DNA of 64,000 bases from Nanoarchaeota archaeon SCGC AAA011-G17 (GTDB lineage Archaea; Nanobdellota; Nanobdellia; SCGC-AAA011-G17). A model generated the notes under the pieces. It ran no database searches and was not told the origin of the DNA. It saw nothing but the letters and a program-made list of their open reading frames with translations. The first letter of the stretch is position 1. Every line of letters starts with the position of its first letter. Made by a program: the position numbers and the translations under genes. Below, in pieces: positions 9,620 through 19,214 of this stretch. The stretch lies in the NCBI GenBank assembly GCA_000402515.1, contig AQRL01000038.1, positions 37,344-101,343 of the forward strand, read 5' to 3'.

Positions 9620-9739
9620 ATTATTTCAAGAGTATCATTACTTATAAATCTTATTATAGTATCCCCCTTAGGGGAAGGATATATTTATAAACGTATAATT
9701 TTATGATACTACTATATAATAAGTAATGGATGTAATAAA

Positions 9740-10204
9740 GTGAAAATAATAAAGAATATAGCAAAGGGAGTATTAATGGGTAGTTTAGGTGCAATTATCT
9801 TTGGGTATTTATCATATATGCCACCTAATTCAAGCAAACAGTTAGAACAACAAAGGATAGAAAAAATTAAATCTGTAATAGAACCATATCATGGAAAAAT
9901 GCTTGAAGTAACAGTTACCGGACTTGATTTTGGTCGTGGTCGTTATGGTGGTCATGGTCTAGGGATTAGATTCTATGATGTTGATGGTGATGGTAAAACC
10001 GTAGAACAGTATGTTAGATCTATTGAAACAAATACTCTACCCCCTTACTGTTATAGGTATGTTGAAACAGATTTAATAAGACAAGGTCAAAAACCAGAGT
10101 TTAACCCACAAAATATTAATAATGTAAGAAGAGAGATGACAAAAACAGAAGCAGCAATTTTGGATAAAGAGTATCAAGGTCTTTTAGGCAAGTTTAAAGA
10201 ATAA
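9740..10204 (+). CDS. Hypothetical protein with N-terminal TM anchor
   Basis: ORF with a hydrophobic N-terminus. The stop lies inside repeat copy B. Confidence 0.4.
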   Translation: MKIIKNIAKGVLMGSLGAIIFGYLSYMPPNSSKQLEQQRIEKIKSVIEPYHGKMLEVTVTGLDFGRGRYGGHGLGIRFYDVDGDGKTVEQYVRSIETNTLPPYCYRYVETDLIRQGQKPEFNPQNINNVRREMTKTEAAILDKEYQGLLGKFKE

Positions 10205-10233
10205 CTTTTAATTCTTTTTTTTCTTTTATTTTT
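10199..10233. repeat. 35-bp direct repeat, copy B
   Basis: Identical to 8837..8871. Confidence 0.8.
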
Positions 10234-10276
10234 ATCGAGAGTAAGCTTTATAAATGGAGTTTTTCTGATTCTTATC

Positions 10277-10873
10277 ATGGCTACAGAAAATCAAGAAACA
10301 TTATTAGTTCCCTTGGATAATTACCTAAAGGCAGGGTTACATATTGGGACAAAGTTCAGGACCAAATATATGGCTCCTTTTATTTACAAGGTTAGGAATG
10401 ACGGTTTAAGCGTATTAAATGTACAAGAGGTAGATAACAGGATTAATATTGCTTCTAAGTTTTTAAGCCAGTATGCTCCTGAGGACATTTTAGTTGTCTG
10501 CAGGAGAGAGAATGGGTGGCAGGCTGTAAGGCTTTTTTCCAAGGCTACAGGGGTTAGGGTTTTTGCTGGGAGATATACACCAGGGGCACTGACTAATGCA
10601 AACCTGAAGGAATTTTTTGAGATTAAATTATTGATAGTAACTGATCCATGGCCTGACAAGAATATTGTTGATGATGCCTTAACATTGGGAATTCCGGTAA
10701 TTGCCCTATGCGACACAAACAATACAAGCAACGGCATTGACTTTGTTGTTCCATGCAATAACAAGGGAAAGAAGAGCCTGGGATTGATATTCTGGATATT
10801 TGCTAATGAGTATTTGAAGAACAGAAAACTAGGAATATTAAAGGCAACTATAGAAGATTTCTGCGCTGATTAA
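10277..10873 (+). CDS. rps2: 30S ribosomal protein S2 (uS2)
   Basis: 'LLVPLDNYLKAGLHIGTKFRTKYMAPFIYKVRNDGLSVLNV' and a C-terminal 'VIALCDTNN' region are typical of archaeal S2. The position after eno supports the call. Confidence 0.85.
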   Translation: MATENQETLLVPLDNYLKAGLHIGTKFRTKYMAPFIYKVRNDGLSVLNVQEVDNRINIASKFLSQYAPEDILVVCRRENGWQAVRLFSKATGVRVFAGRYTPGALTNANLKEFFEIKLLIVTDPWPDKNIVDDALTLGIPVIALCDTNNTSNGIDFVVPCNNKGKKSLGLIFWIFANEYLKNRKLGILKATIEDFCAD

Positions 10874-11558
10874 GATTTTTCAACTTTCCAAAATTATAAA
10901 TTTTGTCCTCTATTACATAGACTTCAAAATTAGAGATATTTTTTAAGAAAGGGGATAATAATCTTTGGCTTGCTATATCTGTCCCTTCTGTTAGTTGATT
11001 AAATGATGGCATTACGATTATATTCTTATTTTTCCATTTTCCTTTCAGGAAGCACTTGTATTTCTCTTTTCTTATCTTATCTGATATTGTTATTGCCGGA
11101 TGCTCATGTCCAATAATTATTGTTTTTGTTTTTATTTCTTTTAGCTTGTCTCCGTGAAGGATTGTTATTCCTTTTGTTTTGTAAGATTCAAGAATCTGGA
11201 CATTTCTTTTATTAGCAATCGGCCCTATTATTTTATCATGATTACCTCTGATTAGTATTACTGGTGCATAATTTAAACATAAATCAAGAATCTTTAAGGT
11301 GTTTCTCCATTCCTGCTCTGAGATAATCCCGAATTCGTGCTTTAAATCTCCGTTGATTATTATTCTTTTTATTTCTAACTTATCTAAAATATTTTTTAGT
11401 CTTTTTTCAATCTCTTTAAACTGAAATCTTGGAATCAGAATTCCCTGCTTGTTCATTGCTTCTTCCTGCCCGATATGCAGGTCTGCTATAATTAGTATTT
11501 TTTCTTTTTTCAAGTACAAAGCCAAATCTACAATTTCTATATTTTTTAGGATTTCCAT
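10848..11558 (-). CDS. Calcineurin-like metallophosphoesterase (Mre11/SbcD-type motifs); Lhr-associated MPE-like
   Basis: Motifs D-x-H 'IADLHIG', GD 'INGDL', 'GNHD', and GH-x-H 'IGHEH'. It lies immediately downstream of the Lhr helicase on the same strand, as in Lhr-MPE operons. Confidence 0.7.
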   Translation of the reverse strand: MEILKNIEIVDLALYLKKEKILIIADLHIGQEEAMNKQGILIPRFQFKEIEKRLKNILDKLEIKRIIINGDLKHEFGIISEQEWRNTLKILDLCLNYAPVILIRGNHDKIIGPIANKRNVQILESYKTKGITILHGDKLKEIKTKTIIIGHEHPAITISDKIRKEKYKCFLKGKWKNKNIIVMPSFNQLTEGTDIASQRLLSPFLKNISNFEVYVIEDKIYNFGKLKNLNQRRNLL

Positions 11559-11559
11559 T

Positions 11560-14500
11560 TTAGATTATATGCTCTTTTCCTATCTTTGCCATAACTAAGT
11601 TATGCATCCTTTGTATGAATTCCTGTTTGTCTTCTATTTTATAGATATCTGTATGCGCCTGTATTATTAAGTTGAATGCAAATGGAGAGGGTATTGTTGT
11701 ATTTATTTCTTTTATTTTTATTTTTTCATCTTCAATCTGTTTCAGAACTAATTCTGCATTATTAATGTCCATCAGGTCTTCAAAAACCTCCCTCTTTGTT
11801 TCTTTTATTAGTGAGAAATTTGGAGAGATTCTTTTTAATGCGTTCATCAAAATCATTGAAGAGACCTGCTGCCTTCCAACTCTTTTTTTATAACCCTTAT
11901 ACTCCCTTAAAATCATTAAAGAGCGAGTTGCTACATGCCTAAACCTTCTTGAAAGAACCTGTGTTTTATCTATTGCCAGTTCCATTATTTTCTGCAGTTC
12001 AGATGATTTTATTTTTGAAAGGGCCTGTGTTGCCTGAATATTTGTTTCAGAAGAAAGATAAAAACCATTGTCGTTTATTCCTATTTCAACGTCTTTGTGC
12101 TGAAACCTTGAGATTGCATAGGCTAATGCCCTTGATAATACATCATTTACCCTCCTTCCGTATAATGAATGGAAGATTACGTATTTTTTTTTGTCTCCTG
12201 CATAGCAGTATTCAATCACGATTTTTTTATCATTTGGAATCTCTTTTTTATAGAGGAACTGCTCCCTAAAATATTCATAAATTGCATTTGCTGCATTTTC
12301 ATCTATGTAGAGATAATCGAGAATGAACTTAATAATCTCCTCTTTATTTCTTTTTGCCAGCATTTTTTCTTCAACTAACCTCCTGAATTTTCCTATTTCT
12401 AATGCCAAATCAAAGGATAAAGGAAGCATTTCTGAGAACCAGGAGGGGATTGTTGGAAGTTTGCTGACTGTTGCCTGGACTTGGGCGGTCATTCCACGAC
12501 TGAATAGGAAAATGTATCTATTTCCTCCCAATATGAAAACATCTCCTCTTTTTAGCTTCTCAAGAAATAATTCATCTATATGGCCTACAGTCTGCTCTCC
12601 TATTTTTACTGAGATAAAGGATTCATCTGGAATTGTTCCTATATTGGTCATGTAAATCATTCTTGCTAGTTTTCCCTTTTTTCCAATCATGCCTGTTTCT
12701 TTGTCATACCAGATTTTTGCATAGATATGGCGGTCTTCTAGGCTTGAATATTCCCCTGATAGATATTCTATTATTTCCCTGAAGTCTGTCATTGACAAAT
12801 CTTTATATGGGTAAGCCTGCCTTACTAGATTGTATAACTCTTTATAGCTAATCTGATTTGAGATTGCTATTCCGTAGATCTGCTGGGCAAGAACATCGAG
12901 GCAGTTTTTTGGAATGTGAATCTTGTCTATTTTTTTTTCTATTGCTGATTTTAAAAGTACAGAGCACTCTACTAAATCATCCCTGTCTAATACTATAATC
13001 CTTCCTTTTGATGTTTCATGCAGCTTGTGCCCTGACCTGCCAATTCTCTGAATCGCTCGAGCTATACTTTTAGGACTTCCCAATAGAATTACTAAATCAA
13101 TATAACCAATATCCAAACCTAACTCTAATGATGTACTACAAACAACTACCTTTAATTTTCCTTCCCTTAGTTTTTGCTCTATGTTAAAGCGGTGCTCTTT
13201 TGACAGAGAGCCGTGATGGGCTCCAATATTTTCTGTATAATTCTGGGGGAATTTATCTTTAAGATGATAGACTACTCTTTCTGTTGCTGAACGTGTGTTT
13301 GTGAATATCAGGGTTGTTTTATGTTGCTGTATCAAGGAATCAATTAAGTTATACATCTCGGTATGGAGCTTTTCTGGTTCAATATTAATTATGTCGGGCA
13401 CTGGAGAAAGAACTTTTAGATCCATTTTTTTGATAAACTGAGAATCAACTATTTTACATGGTCGTGTTTTTCCATTTTCCAGTCCTACTAAGAATTGCGC
13501 TATTTCTTCTAATGGCGAAATTGTAGCTGAAAGGCCTATTCTTGTTAGTGGTTCTTTTGTTAGGGCTTGTAATCTTTCTAGAGATAGTGATAAATGAGTG
13601 CCTCGTTTCGAATCTGCTAAGGCATGAATCTCGTCTATTACCAGATATCTTGTACTTTTTAGATGTTCTATGAATTTTGTTGAGGTCAAAACAATTGCCA
13701 ATGATTCCGGAGTACAAAGAAGAATATGGGGAGCTTTGTTGGACATCTTTTGCTTTTCAGATGCTGTTGTATCTCCTGTTCTTACTGCTATTCTTATCCC
13801 AAATTTCTTTTCTGCTAATTTTTCTATTTCTTCCAGTGGTGTTTTTAGATTAACTTCTATATCCCTTGTTAATGCCTTAAGCGGAGAAACGTAAACAGCG
13901 TATGTTTTGTCTTCCAACATATTATTTTCTGAGAGATTTATTAATTCATTTAGGATTGAGAGAAATGCTGTTAAGGTATTATGCAGGTATATTCCCCCAT
14001 ACCCTCCAACGAAATTATGTATATCTGGAACTGTTAAATCAATAACTTTTCCATTATATTCAAACTCCTTAATTTCTTTTACTTTAAGCCAACAAATATT
14101 TTTATTTAACAACTCGTCAATTTCTTTAAATAAACCATTTAAATTTTTATTATTAAACTTTATAATTTTGTTTTTTAAATTTGTTAAAGCAATTTCAGTT
14201 ATATAACCTGTTCTTCTTACTACTTCATAAATAGTTCCAAATTCTTTATTAAATTCTATATCATTTTTACATAGTTTTGACAAGTTTCTAATCTTTTTGT
14301 AATCAAATTTATGTTTTAAAACACATTCTCCGTTAGATTTTTTTAGTATTTGTTTTTCTAATAAAAAATGGTTTGGATGATCTATATCTACTTCTTCTAA
14401 GAATAATTTAATATTTTTTATTTTTCTAATAATCAAGGAATAATATTCTCTTCTAGTTTTATTTATTGTATTTGAAGCATACCTTATTGGCTTGTTTATG

Positions 14501-15858
14501 GAGGAAAATATACCCAATGATAATAGTAAATAATTGATAATTTCAATCTTATTTTTATTAGATTGATGTAAGATAATCTCTCCACCTTCTTTTGAAATTG
14601 TAGATTCCAAAGAAAAAAATACATTTAGAAAATTAGTTTTTATATCTTTCTTTGCATCAAGAAGCCAGTTTGGTAAAGAAACATATCTTCCTCTTCCGAT
14701 TTTTATTTCTAATAAATCTCTTAAAAAATAACAAAATAATGTAAAATCTACAGAATAATCTTTTTCATTTTTTTGTTTGAACTTCACATCAAATAGTTTT
14801 TTGCTATTCTTAAAAAATTCTTTTAACAAATATTTTCTATTCTTTTGTGAAACAGCTAAGTGAGTTCCCCTTTCATAATCCCCAATAAACCCCTCTGCAA
14901 GAACAAATGATAACCACCTTGCTAACTTTATATCTACTTTTTTAGGATATCTAAAAGAGAAAGTATTATTCCCCTTGTTTTTAACAATTATCCTGTTTTT
15001 TTCAAATTTAACTTTTTTACATTCTTTTTTAAATAAATTAAATAATAATTCTTTTTTATAATTTGTTTGCTTGTTGAATAAATTATATACCTGGCTTATT
15101 GATAATCCTATTTTATTCCCTAAGTCAGCAAAGGATGTTTTTTGTAAGGTCTTAATTTCATACAGTTCTTTGATAGTTAAATTATTAAAATTGTTAAAAT
15201 TATTTGTTTTCTTTTTTAATCTTAAATAATCTTCATAAATAATGGATATTCCAGCTTTATCTTTTAAATTTTGTATTGCTAGCTTGTAATCCAGAAAAAT
15301 CTCTCTCTCAGGCAATTTAATTGTTTTTGGTACAGCTATTTTATCTTCTTTTTTGATATCTTTTGCAGGAACCCATCCTTTTCCTTCAACGAGTAATGGA
15401 TGATCTTTGCTGAGTTTTATTTCCCGACCATATTCTGTCCTTATTTTCAATAATGTATCTTTGGTGTCTTCAAAATAAACTAATGCCTTTGTCTTTTTAA
15501 TTTGATTTTCGTCCAATGAAAAACTTTTTAGAGATGATAGACTGTATAACTCTCCTGTTTTATCAATATTTGTTATTTTTTTACCTTTCTTTTTTGCTAT
15601 TTCCATTAATTCTTCTGCCTTTAGCAATTTTGTACGACCATCTAACTCTAATAAAATATTTGTATCTGGAGTTATGCATTTTGTTGCTCCTGTTGGTGCT
15701 GATATTAGAATGTTATTTTCATTATGAATTTCCATTACGCCATATAGCTGTGGGAGTGAAAACTCCTTAAACTTTGTAAAGAACCACTGCTTTACTATTG
15801 GGTTTAGGATTTTCTCTATCTGCTCTTTTGTGTGAGGTTTTTCCAAATAGGTTATCAT
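11560..15858 (-). CDS. lhr: Lhr-type ATP-dependent helicase (DEAH/DExH box) interrupted by an in-frame intein
   Basis: The extein reads 'SAPTGATK|TLTAFLSIL', 'YVSPLKALTRD', 'RTGDT', 'LLCTPESL', 'LVIDEIHAL'. These are Lhr-core motifs. The extein is ~865 aa. Confidence 0.8.
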   Translation of the reverse strand: MITYLEKPHTKEQIEKILNPIVKQWFFTKFKEFSLPQLYGVMEIHNENNILISAPTGATKCITPDTNILLELDGRTKLLKAEELMEIAKKKGKKITNIDKTGELYSLSSLKSFSLDENQIKKTKALVYFEDTKDTLLKIRTEYGREIKLSKDHPLLVEGKGWVPAKDIKKEDKIAVPKTIKLPEREIFLDYKLAIQNLKDKAGISIIYEDYLRLKKKTNNFNNFNNLTIKELYEIKTLQKTSFADLGNKIGLSISQVYNLFNKQTNYKKELLFNLFKKECKKVKFEKNRIIVKNKGNNTFSFRYPKKVDIKLARWLSFVLAEGFIGDYERGTHLAVSQKNRKYLLKEFFKNSKKLFDVKFKQKNEKDYSVDFTLFCYFLRDLLEIKIGRGRYVSLPNWLLDAKKDIKTNFLNVFFSLESTISKEGGEIILHQSNKNKIEIINYLLLSLGIFSSINKPIRYASNTINKTRREYYSLIIRKIKNIKLFLEEVDIDHPNHFLLEKQILKKSNGECVLKHKFDYKKIRNLSKLCKNDIEFNKEFGTIYEVVRRTGYITEIALTNLKNKIIKFNNKNLNGLFKEIDELLNKNICWLKVKEIKEFEYNGKVIDLTVPDIHNFVGGYGGIYLHNTLTAFLSILNELINLSENNMLEDKTYAVYVSPLKALTRDIEVNLKTPLEEIEKLAEKKFGIRIAVRTGDTTASEKQKMSNKAPHILLCTPESLAIVLTSTKFIEHLKSTRYLVIDEIHALADSKRGTHLSLSLERLQALTKEPLTRIGLSATISPLEEIAQFLVGLENGKTRPCKIVDSQFIKKMDLKVLSPVPDIINIEPEKLHTEMYNLIDSLIQQHKTTLIFTNTRSATERVVYHLKDKFPQNYTENIGAHHGSLSKEHRFNIEQKLREGKLKVVVCSTSLELGLDIGYIDLVILLGSPKSIARAIQRIGRSGHKLHETSKGRIIVLDRDDLVECSVLLKSAIEKKIDKIHIPKNCLDVLAQQIYGIAISNQISYKELYNLVRQAYPYKDLSMTDFREIIEYLSGEYSSLEDRHIYAKIWYDKETGMIGKKGKLARMIYMTNIGTIPDESFISVKIGEQTVGHIDELFLEKLKRGDVFILGGNRYIFLFSRGMTAQVQATVSKLPTIPSWFSEMLPLSFDLALEIGKFRRLVEEKMLAKRNKEEIIKFILDYLYIDENAANAIYEYFREQFLYKKEIPNDKKIVIEYCYAGDKKKYVIFHSLYGRRVNDVLSRALAYAISRFQHKDVEIGINDNGFYLSSETNIQATQALSKIKSSELQKIMELAIDKTQVLSRRFRHVATRSLMILREYKGYKKRVGRQQVSSMILMNALKRISPNFSLIKETKREVFEDLMDINNAELVLKQIEDEKIKIKEINTTIPSPFAFNLIIQAHTDIYKIEDKQEFIQRMHNLVMAKIGKEHII
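13978..15678 (-). mobile_element. Intein (567 aa) with LAGLIDADG homing-endonuclease domain, inserted between Lys and Thr of the Lhr Walker-A motif
   Basis: It starts with Cys ('CITPDTNILLELDG') and ends 'VGGYGGIYLHN', followed by Thr+1. DOD motifs are 'WLSFVLAEGFIGD' and 'FLNVFFSLEST'. Confidence 0.8.
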
Positions 15859-15976
15859 TATAAAATATTAATAAATTAGATTTATAAAGGCTACGAGGGC
15901 ATGTCAAGTGTGTCAAGTGAATGGAAGATATATATTGTAGTATATACTTTAATGTCTAAAATTTCTTTTAAAAAGC

Positions 15977-16720
15977 TTACTTTTTAGATATTTTCCATAA
16001 CAATTCAAAATGCTTTCTTTGAGTTTCTGCTATTTCTCTGCTTTTTATTAAAATCCCAAAAGGTTGTGAGCCCCACATTATAATTGATACTTTTTCCCCA
16101 TAAATGTTTGTTGAGGAATTAGAAGTAAATTCTTTTGATAGTATCCTTGCTTCTGTATGTTTTAGTTTATTCAGCTCTTTAACTCTTTGTCTTAAATCTT
16201 CAGATAATAAAATTTTATAGTATATTTTCTTTTTTTCTCTTATCTTATGAAATTTTGGAAGATTAAATTGTAGATGATATTGGAATGCTTCTGCTTCTAT
16301 TTCTGATGCCCCTATTGTAAGAATCTCATCTTTTTGATTTAACATATCATCTAATAATGATTTTATCCCCCTATTCCCCTTAAAAATAGTTGCTTCCTGC
16401 TCTTCTTTCTGTCTTTTTTCTTTTAATTCTGGGAGTATTTTCTTAAATTCCTCTTCCTGCTGCTTTATTTTTTCTTTTTCTTGACTAAAATAATCTAAAA
16501 ATTGCTCTGGATTAGAAGCCTTGAAATATTTCCTATTTGCCTGTATTACATATGAAGCCAGACCCTTTTCTATTAACTTATTTAAAGCATCATAGACTAT
16601 TTGCCTGTGCAATCTCGTTTTTTCTATAACTGCTTTTGCTGATGTTAGCCCTATTTCCAGCAATGCAAGATAAACATCAGACTCATTCTTTGTTAATCCC
16701 AACTTCTCTAGTTCTTTCAT
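15977..16720 (-). CDS. TrmB-family transcriptional regulator (paralog 2 of 3)
   Basis: 'LGLTKNESDVYLALLEIGLTSAKAVIEKTRLHRQIVYDALNKLIEKGL' is a TrmB HTH. The C-terminus 'LLWKISKK' is shared with the other paralogs. Confidence 0.7.
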   Translation of the reverse strand: MKELEKLGLTKNESDVYLALLEIGLTSAKAVIEKTRLHRQIVYDALNKLIEKGLASYVIQANRKYFKASNPEQFLDYFSQEKEKIKQQEEEFKKILPELKEKRQKEEQEATIFKGNRGIKSLLDDMLNQKDEILTIGASEIEAEAFQYHLQFNLPKFHKIREKKKIYYKILLSEDLRQRVKELNKLKHTEARILSKEFTSNSSTNIYGEKVSIIMWGSQPFGILIKSREIAETQRKHFELLWKISKK

Positions 16721-16833
16721 AAATTTTGATTGATTTTTTGTTATATAAATCTTACTATTATCGTCATTTATTTGATGACAATATTTTAAATATACTATTT
16801 GTAAAAACTAGCTAGTAATGAATAAGGAAAAAA

Positions 16834-17355
16834 ATGATAGGGAAAGATGGAAGAGATTATACCTCCACGGATGCTAAAAATGCTGAATCTAGAGGAGATT
16901 ATGAAAAAGCATTTGAGATATATAAACTTGGGTGGGATAATCATGGATTAGAGCTAGCTATAAGAATAAATGATTCTAATAGGTTTAAGGAGTTTTATGA
17001 TGAAGGATTGACAATAATGATGCTTGAGAGTGAATATTTAAGGGCTCTTGAAATTGCTAAGAATAATGGAGATACAAAAAGATTAAAAGAAATTTATAAT
17101 GCAGGGTTAAATCATTTTAGTAATATAAGTTATTTTAATGAAGCAATAAAATTAGTTGAATTTATGGGTGATGACCCTAAAAGAGAGACTCTTTATCAAA
17201 AAGCAGAAGATGAAGCAAATCTGAGATTGAGTTCTTACGAGAAACAATTAAAAAAAATGTTAATGAAAGTAGGAGTATGGACTAAAATAAGAGATGCTTG
17301 TAGAGAAAGAAGTAATGTTCTCGATGATTTACTTAAAATTGAGAATAAAATATAA
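16834..17355 (+). CDS. Hypothetical protein
   Basis: ORF only, helical-repeat-like. Confidence 0.35.
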   Translation: MIGKDGRDYTSTDAKNAESRGDYEKAFEIYKLGWDNHGLELAIRINDSNRFKEFYDEGLTIMMLESEYLRALEIAKNNGDTKRLKEIYNAGLNHFSNISYFNEAIKLVEFMGDDPKRETLYQKAEDEANLRLSSYEKQLKKMLMKVGVWTKIRDACRERSNVLDDLLKIENKI

Positions 17356-17356
17356 A

Positions 17357-17716
17357 ATGGCATTTAAGAGATATGAACTAAAACTTGAAAATCGTATGGA
17401 TGAAGTATCCTGTTTATCAGACGAGAAGAAATTATTTGATAAGCAAATTAGAGATAGTTATTCTAATTGTCAGGTAAAACTTTATCCTTCTACTTATGAT
17501 ATAAATGGAAATACAATAATTATGAGGGGGGAAGAAATAAGTGATGGATATGGATATATAGATGGTCGGCTTAGATTAACAGCATTGATTATTGGAAAAT
17601 CCAAAGAAATTCTTAATGTTAAATCACGCTTGGAAAAAAAGACTTCATTTAAACTTAAAGAGTTAGAATACGATCATCGAATGAATAATCCAGAAGCTAC
17701 GATAAAACCACTATAA
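17357..17716 (+). CDS. Hypothetical protein
   Basis: ORF only. The ATG at 17357 immediately follows the upstream stop; the listed 17294 start would overlap. Confidence 0.35.
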   Translation: MAFKRYELKLENRMDEVSCLSDEKKLFDKQIRDSYSNCQVKLYPSTYDINGNTIIMRGEEISDGYGYIDGRLRLTALIIGKSKEILNVKSRLEKKTSFKLKELEYDHRMNNPEATIKPL

Positions 17717-17831
17717 CACAATCAACAAAATAAGATTAATAGAGAAAAGTAAGTTATCATTTTCTTATACAAAATAGGAAGTTATTTAAGGCTGATTAGC
17801 ATAATTATTAAAAAATAAATGGGGTGATAAA

Positions 17832-18095
17832 ATGGTTGGTTATGGTGGATCTTTGTTACCATATTTCGGTCTGAGCTTTCTTATTTTTTTAGCAGTTGCC
17901 ATGATATGGGAATTAATCTGGAAGGGCATTGCTCTCTGGAAGGCAGCGAGGAATAAAGATAATATATGGTTTATATTCCTTTTGGTATTAAATACATTAG
18001 GGATATTGCCGATAATATACATTGCTTTCTTTTCCAAGAAAAAGCCAGCAGTTGCTAAAACAGCTCCTGTTAAAAAGGCTAAGAGGAGAAGATAG
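17832..18095 (+). CDS. Small two-TM membrane protein with basic C-terminal tail
   Basis: Two hydrophobic segments, then 'KKKPAVAKTAPVKKAKRRR'. Confidence 0.4.
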   Translation: MVGYGGSLLPYFGLSFLIFLAVAMIWELIWKGIALWKAARNKDNIWFIFLLVLNTLGILPIIYIAFFSKKKPAVAKTAPVKKAKRRR

Positions 18096-18103
18096 TTTTC
18101 TTT

Positions 18104-18505
18104 TTATTTATATTTTTTAAAGAGAGTTACCAAAGAATGACCATTATATATTTTTCTTAATTTTAGTTCTGGAAAAAATTTCATTGCATCTTCATCTGCT
18201 TTTTGAGCTGATTTATATGCCCAGTGTTTTTTATTATTACATTCTTTTTTCCAGCTGCATTCTTTACATACTGAATCTATTCCTTGGACTAATCTAACCT
18301 CTAGATTAAGGTTTTCATGAAGTTTTTTGATAGTATCTCTCCAATGAAGGATTAGCTTGTCAGAATGAAAATCCTCCTTTTGCTGTCTAAATCTTTTTAT
18401 ATATTCTTCATCAGACAGATAGTAGAATTCTGGCTGTTTTTCATGCAGATAGAACCCATAAATATGGTGGGGTCTAAGTTCCAAATCAATTTTTTCTTTT
18501 TTCAT
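18104..18505 (-). CDS. Hypothetical protein with Cys cluster (CKEC...C)
   Basis: ORF only. 'RPHHIYG' and 'CKECSWKKEC' are present. Confidence 0.35.
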   Translation of the reverse strand: MKKEKIDLELRPHHIYGFYLHEKQPEFYYLSDEEYIKRFRQQKEDFHSDKLILHWRDTIKKLHENLNLEVRLVQGIDSVCKECSWKKECNNKKHWAYKSAQKADEDAMKFFPELKLRKIYNGHSLVTLFKKYK

Positions 18506-18557
18506 ATTTTTTATTTATAAAGTAAAATATATAAAGATATATGAAAGAGGTAAGTAA

Positions 18558-19214
18558 ATGTTAATCTGCGGTATTGATGAAGCTGCGAGAGGGCCTATCG
18601 TCGGTTCACTATTCATAGCAGGAGTTGTATTTGAAGAGGGAGATGTAGCTAGTCTGCAGACTGATGGTGTTAAGGATTCTAAATTACTTACACATAAGAA
18701 GAGAGAGCATCTATGCGGGATAATAAAGAAAAAGGCTGTTAGATGGAAGATAATACAAATAAAGCCTGCTGAGATTGACGAGGCTGTTGATGGAAATAAT
18801 GCTCTTAATTTAAATTGGCTAGAGGCTAACAAGACTGCTGAACTGATTAATAGTTTGAAACCTGATATGGCTATTGTTGATTGCCCGAGCCCTAATATTG
18901 AGAAGTATACTGCTTATTTAAGAAAATTATTGGATAATAAAGATGTTAAATTAGTAATTGAGCACAAGGCTGATGTTAAATATTTTCCTTGTTCTGCTGC
19001 TTCTATTATTGCTAAATGTGCAAGAGAGGATGAAGTGAAGGAGATTGAGAAAAAAATTGGGGAGAGCATTGGAACTGGATATATGAGCAATCCTATTTGT
19101 GTTGAATTTCTTAAGAATAATTGGGAGAGGCATTCTGGCTTATTCAGGCACAGCTGGCAGCCATTTAAAGACCATAAAGCCGGGAAAAAACAGAAGAGTT
19201 TGGGTGAATTTTAG
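18558..19214 (+). CDS. rnhB: Ribonuclease HII
   Basis: 'ICGIDEAARGPIVGSLFIAG' is the RNase HII active-site signature. Confidence 0.85.
   Translation: MLICGIDEAARGPIVGSLFIAGVVFEEGDVASLQTDGVKDSKLLTHKKREHLCGIIKKKAVRWKIIQIKPAEIDEAVDGNNALNLNWLEANKTAELINSLKPDMAIVDCPSPNIEKYTAYLRKLLDNKDVKLVIEHKADVKYFPCSAASIIAKCAREDEVKEIEKKIGESIGTGYMSNPICVEFLKNNWERHSGLFRHSWQPFKDHKAGKKQKSLGEF
19184..19214. repeat. 31-bp direct repeat, copy A (3' end of rnhB; copy B at 21464..21494)
   Basis: gaaaaaacagaagagtttgggtgaRttttag with one synonymous mismatch. Both copies encode ...KQKSLGEF*. Confidence 0.8.

Noticed and set aside
11672-14206. Several plus-strand ORFs (11672, 11949, 12169, 12323, 13670, 13907) inside lhr
   Set aside because: They are shadow ORFs opposite the 1432-aa helicase/intein gene, with no RBS and poor composition.
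15890-15925. Tandem 'gtcaagtg gtgtcaagtg' and the GC-richer spot in the lhr/TrmB-2 intergenic region as an att or repeat element
   Set aside because: It is only an 8-bp tandem with no second copy found in the window. It is probably promoter or operator sequence.
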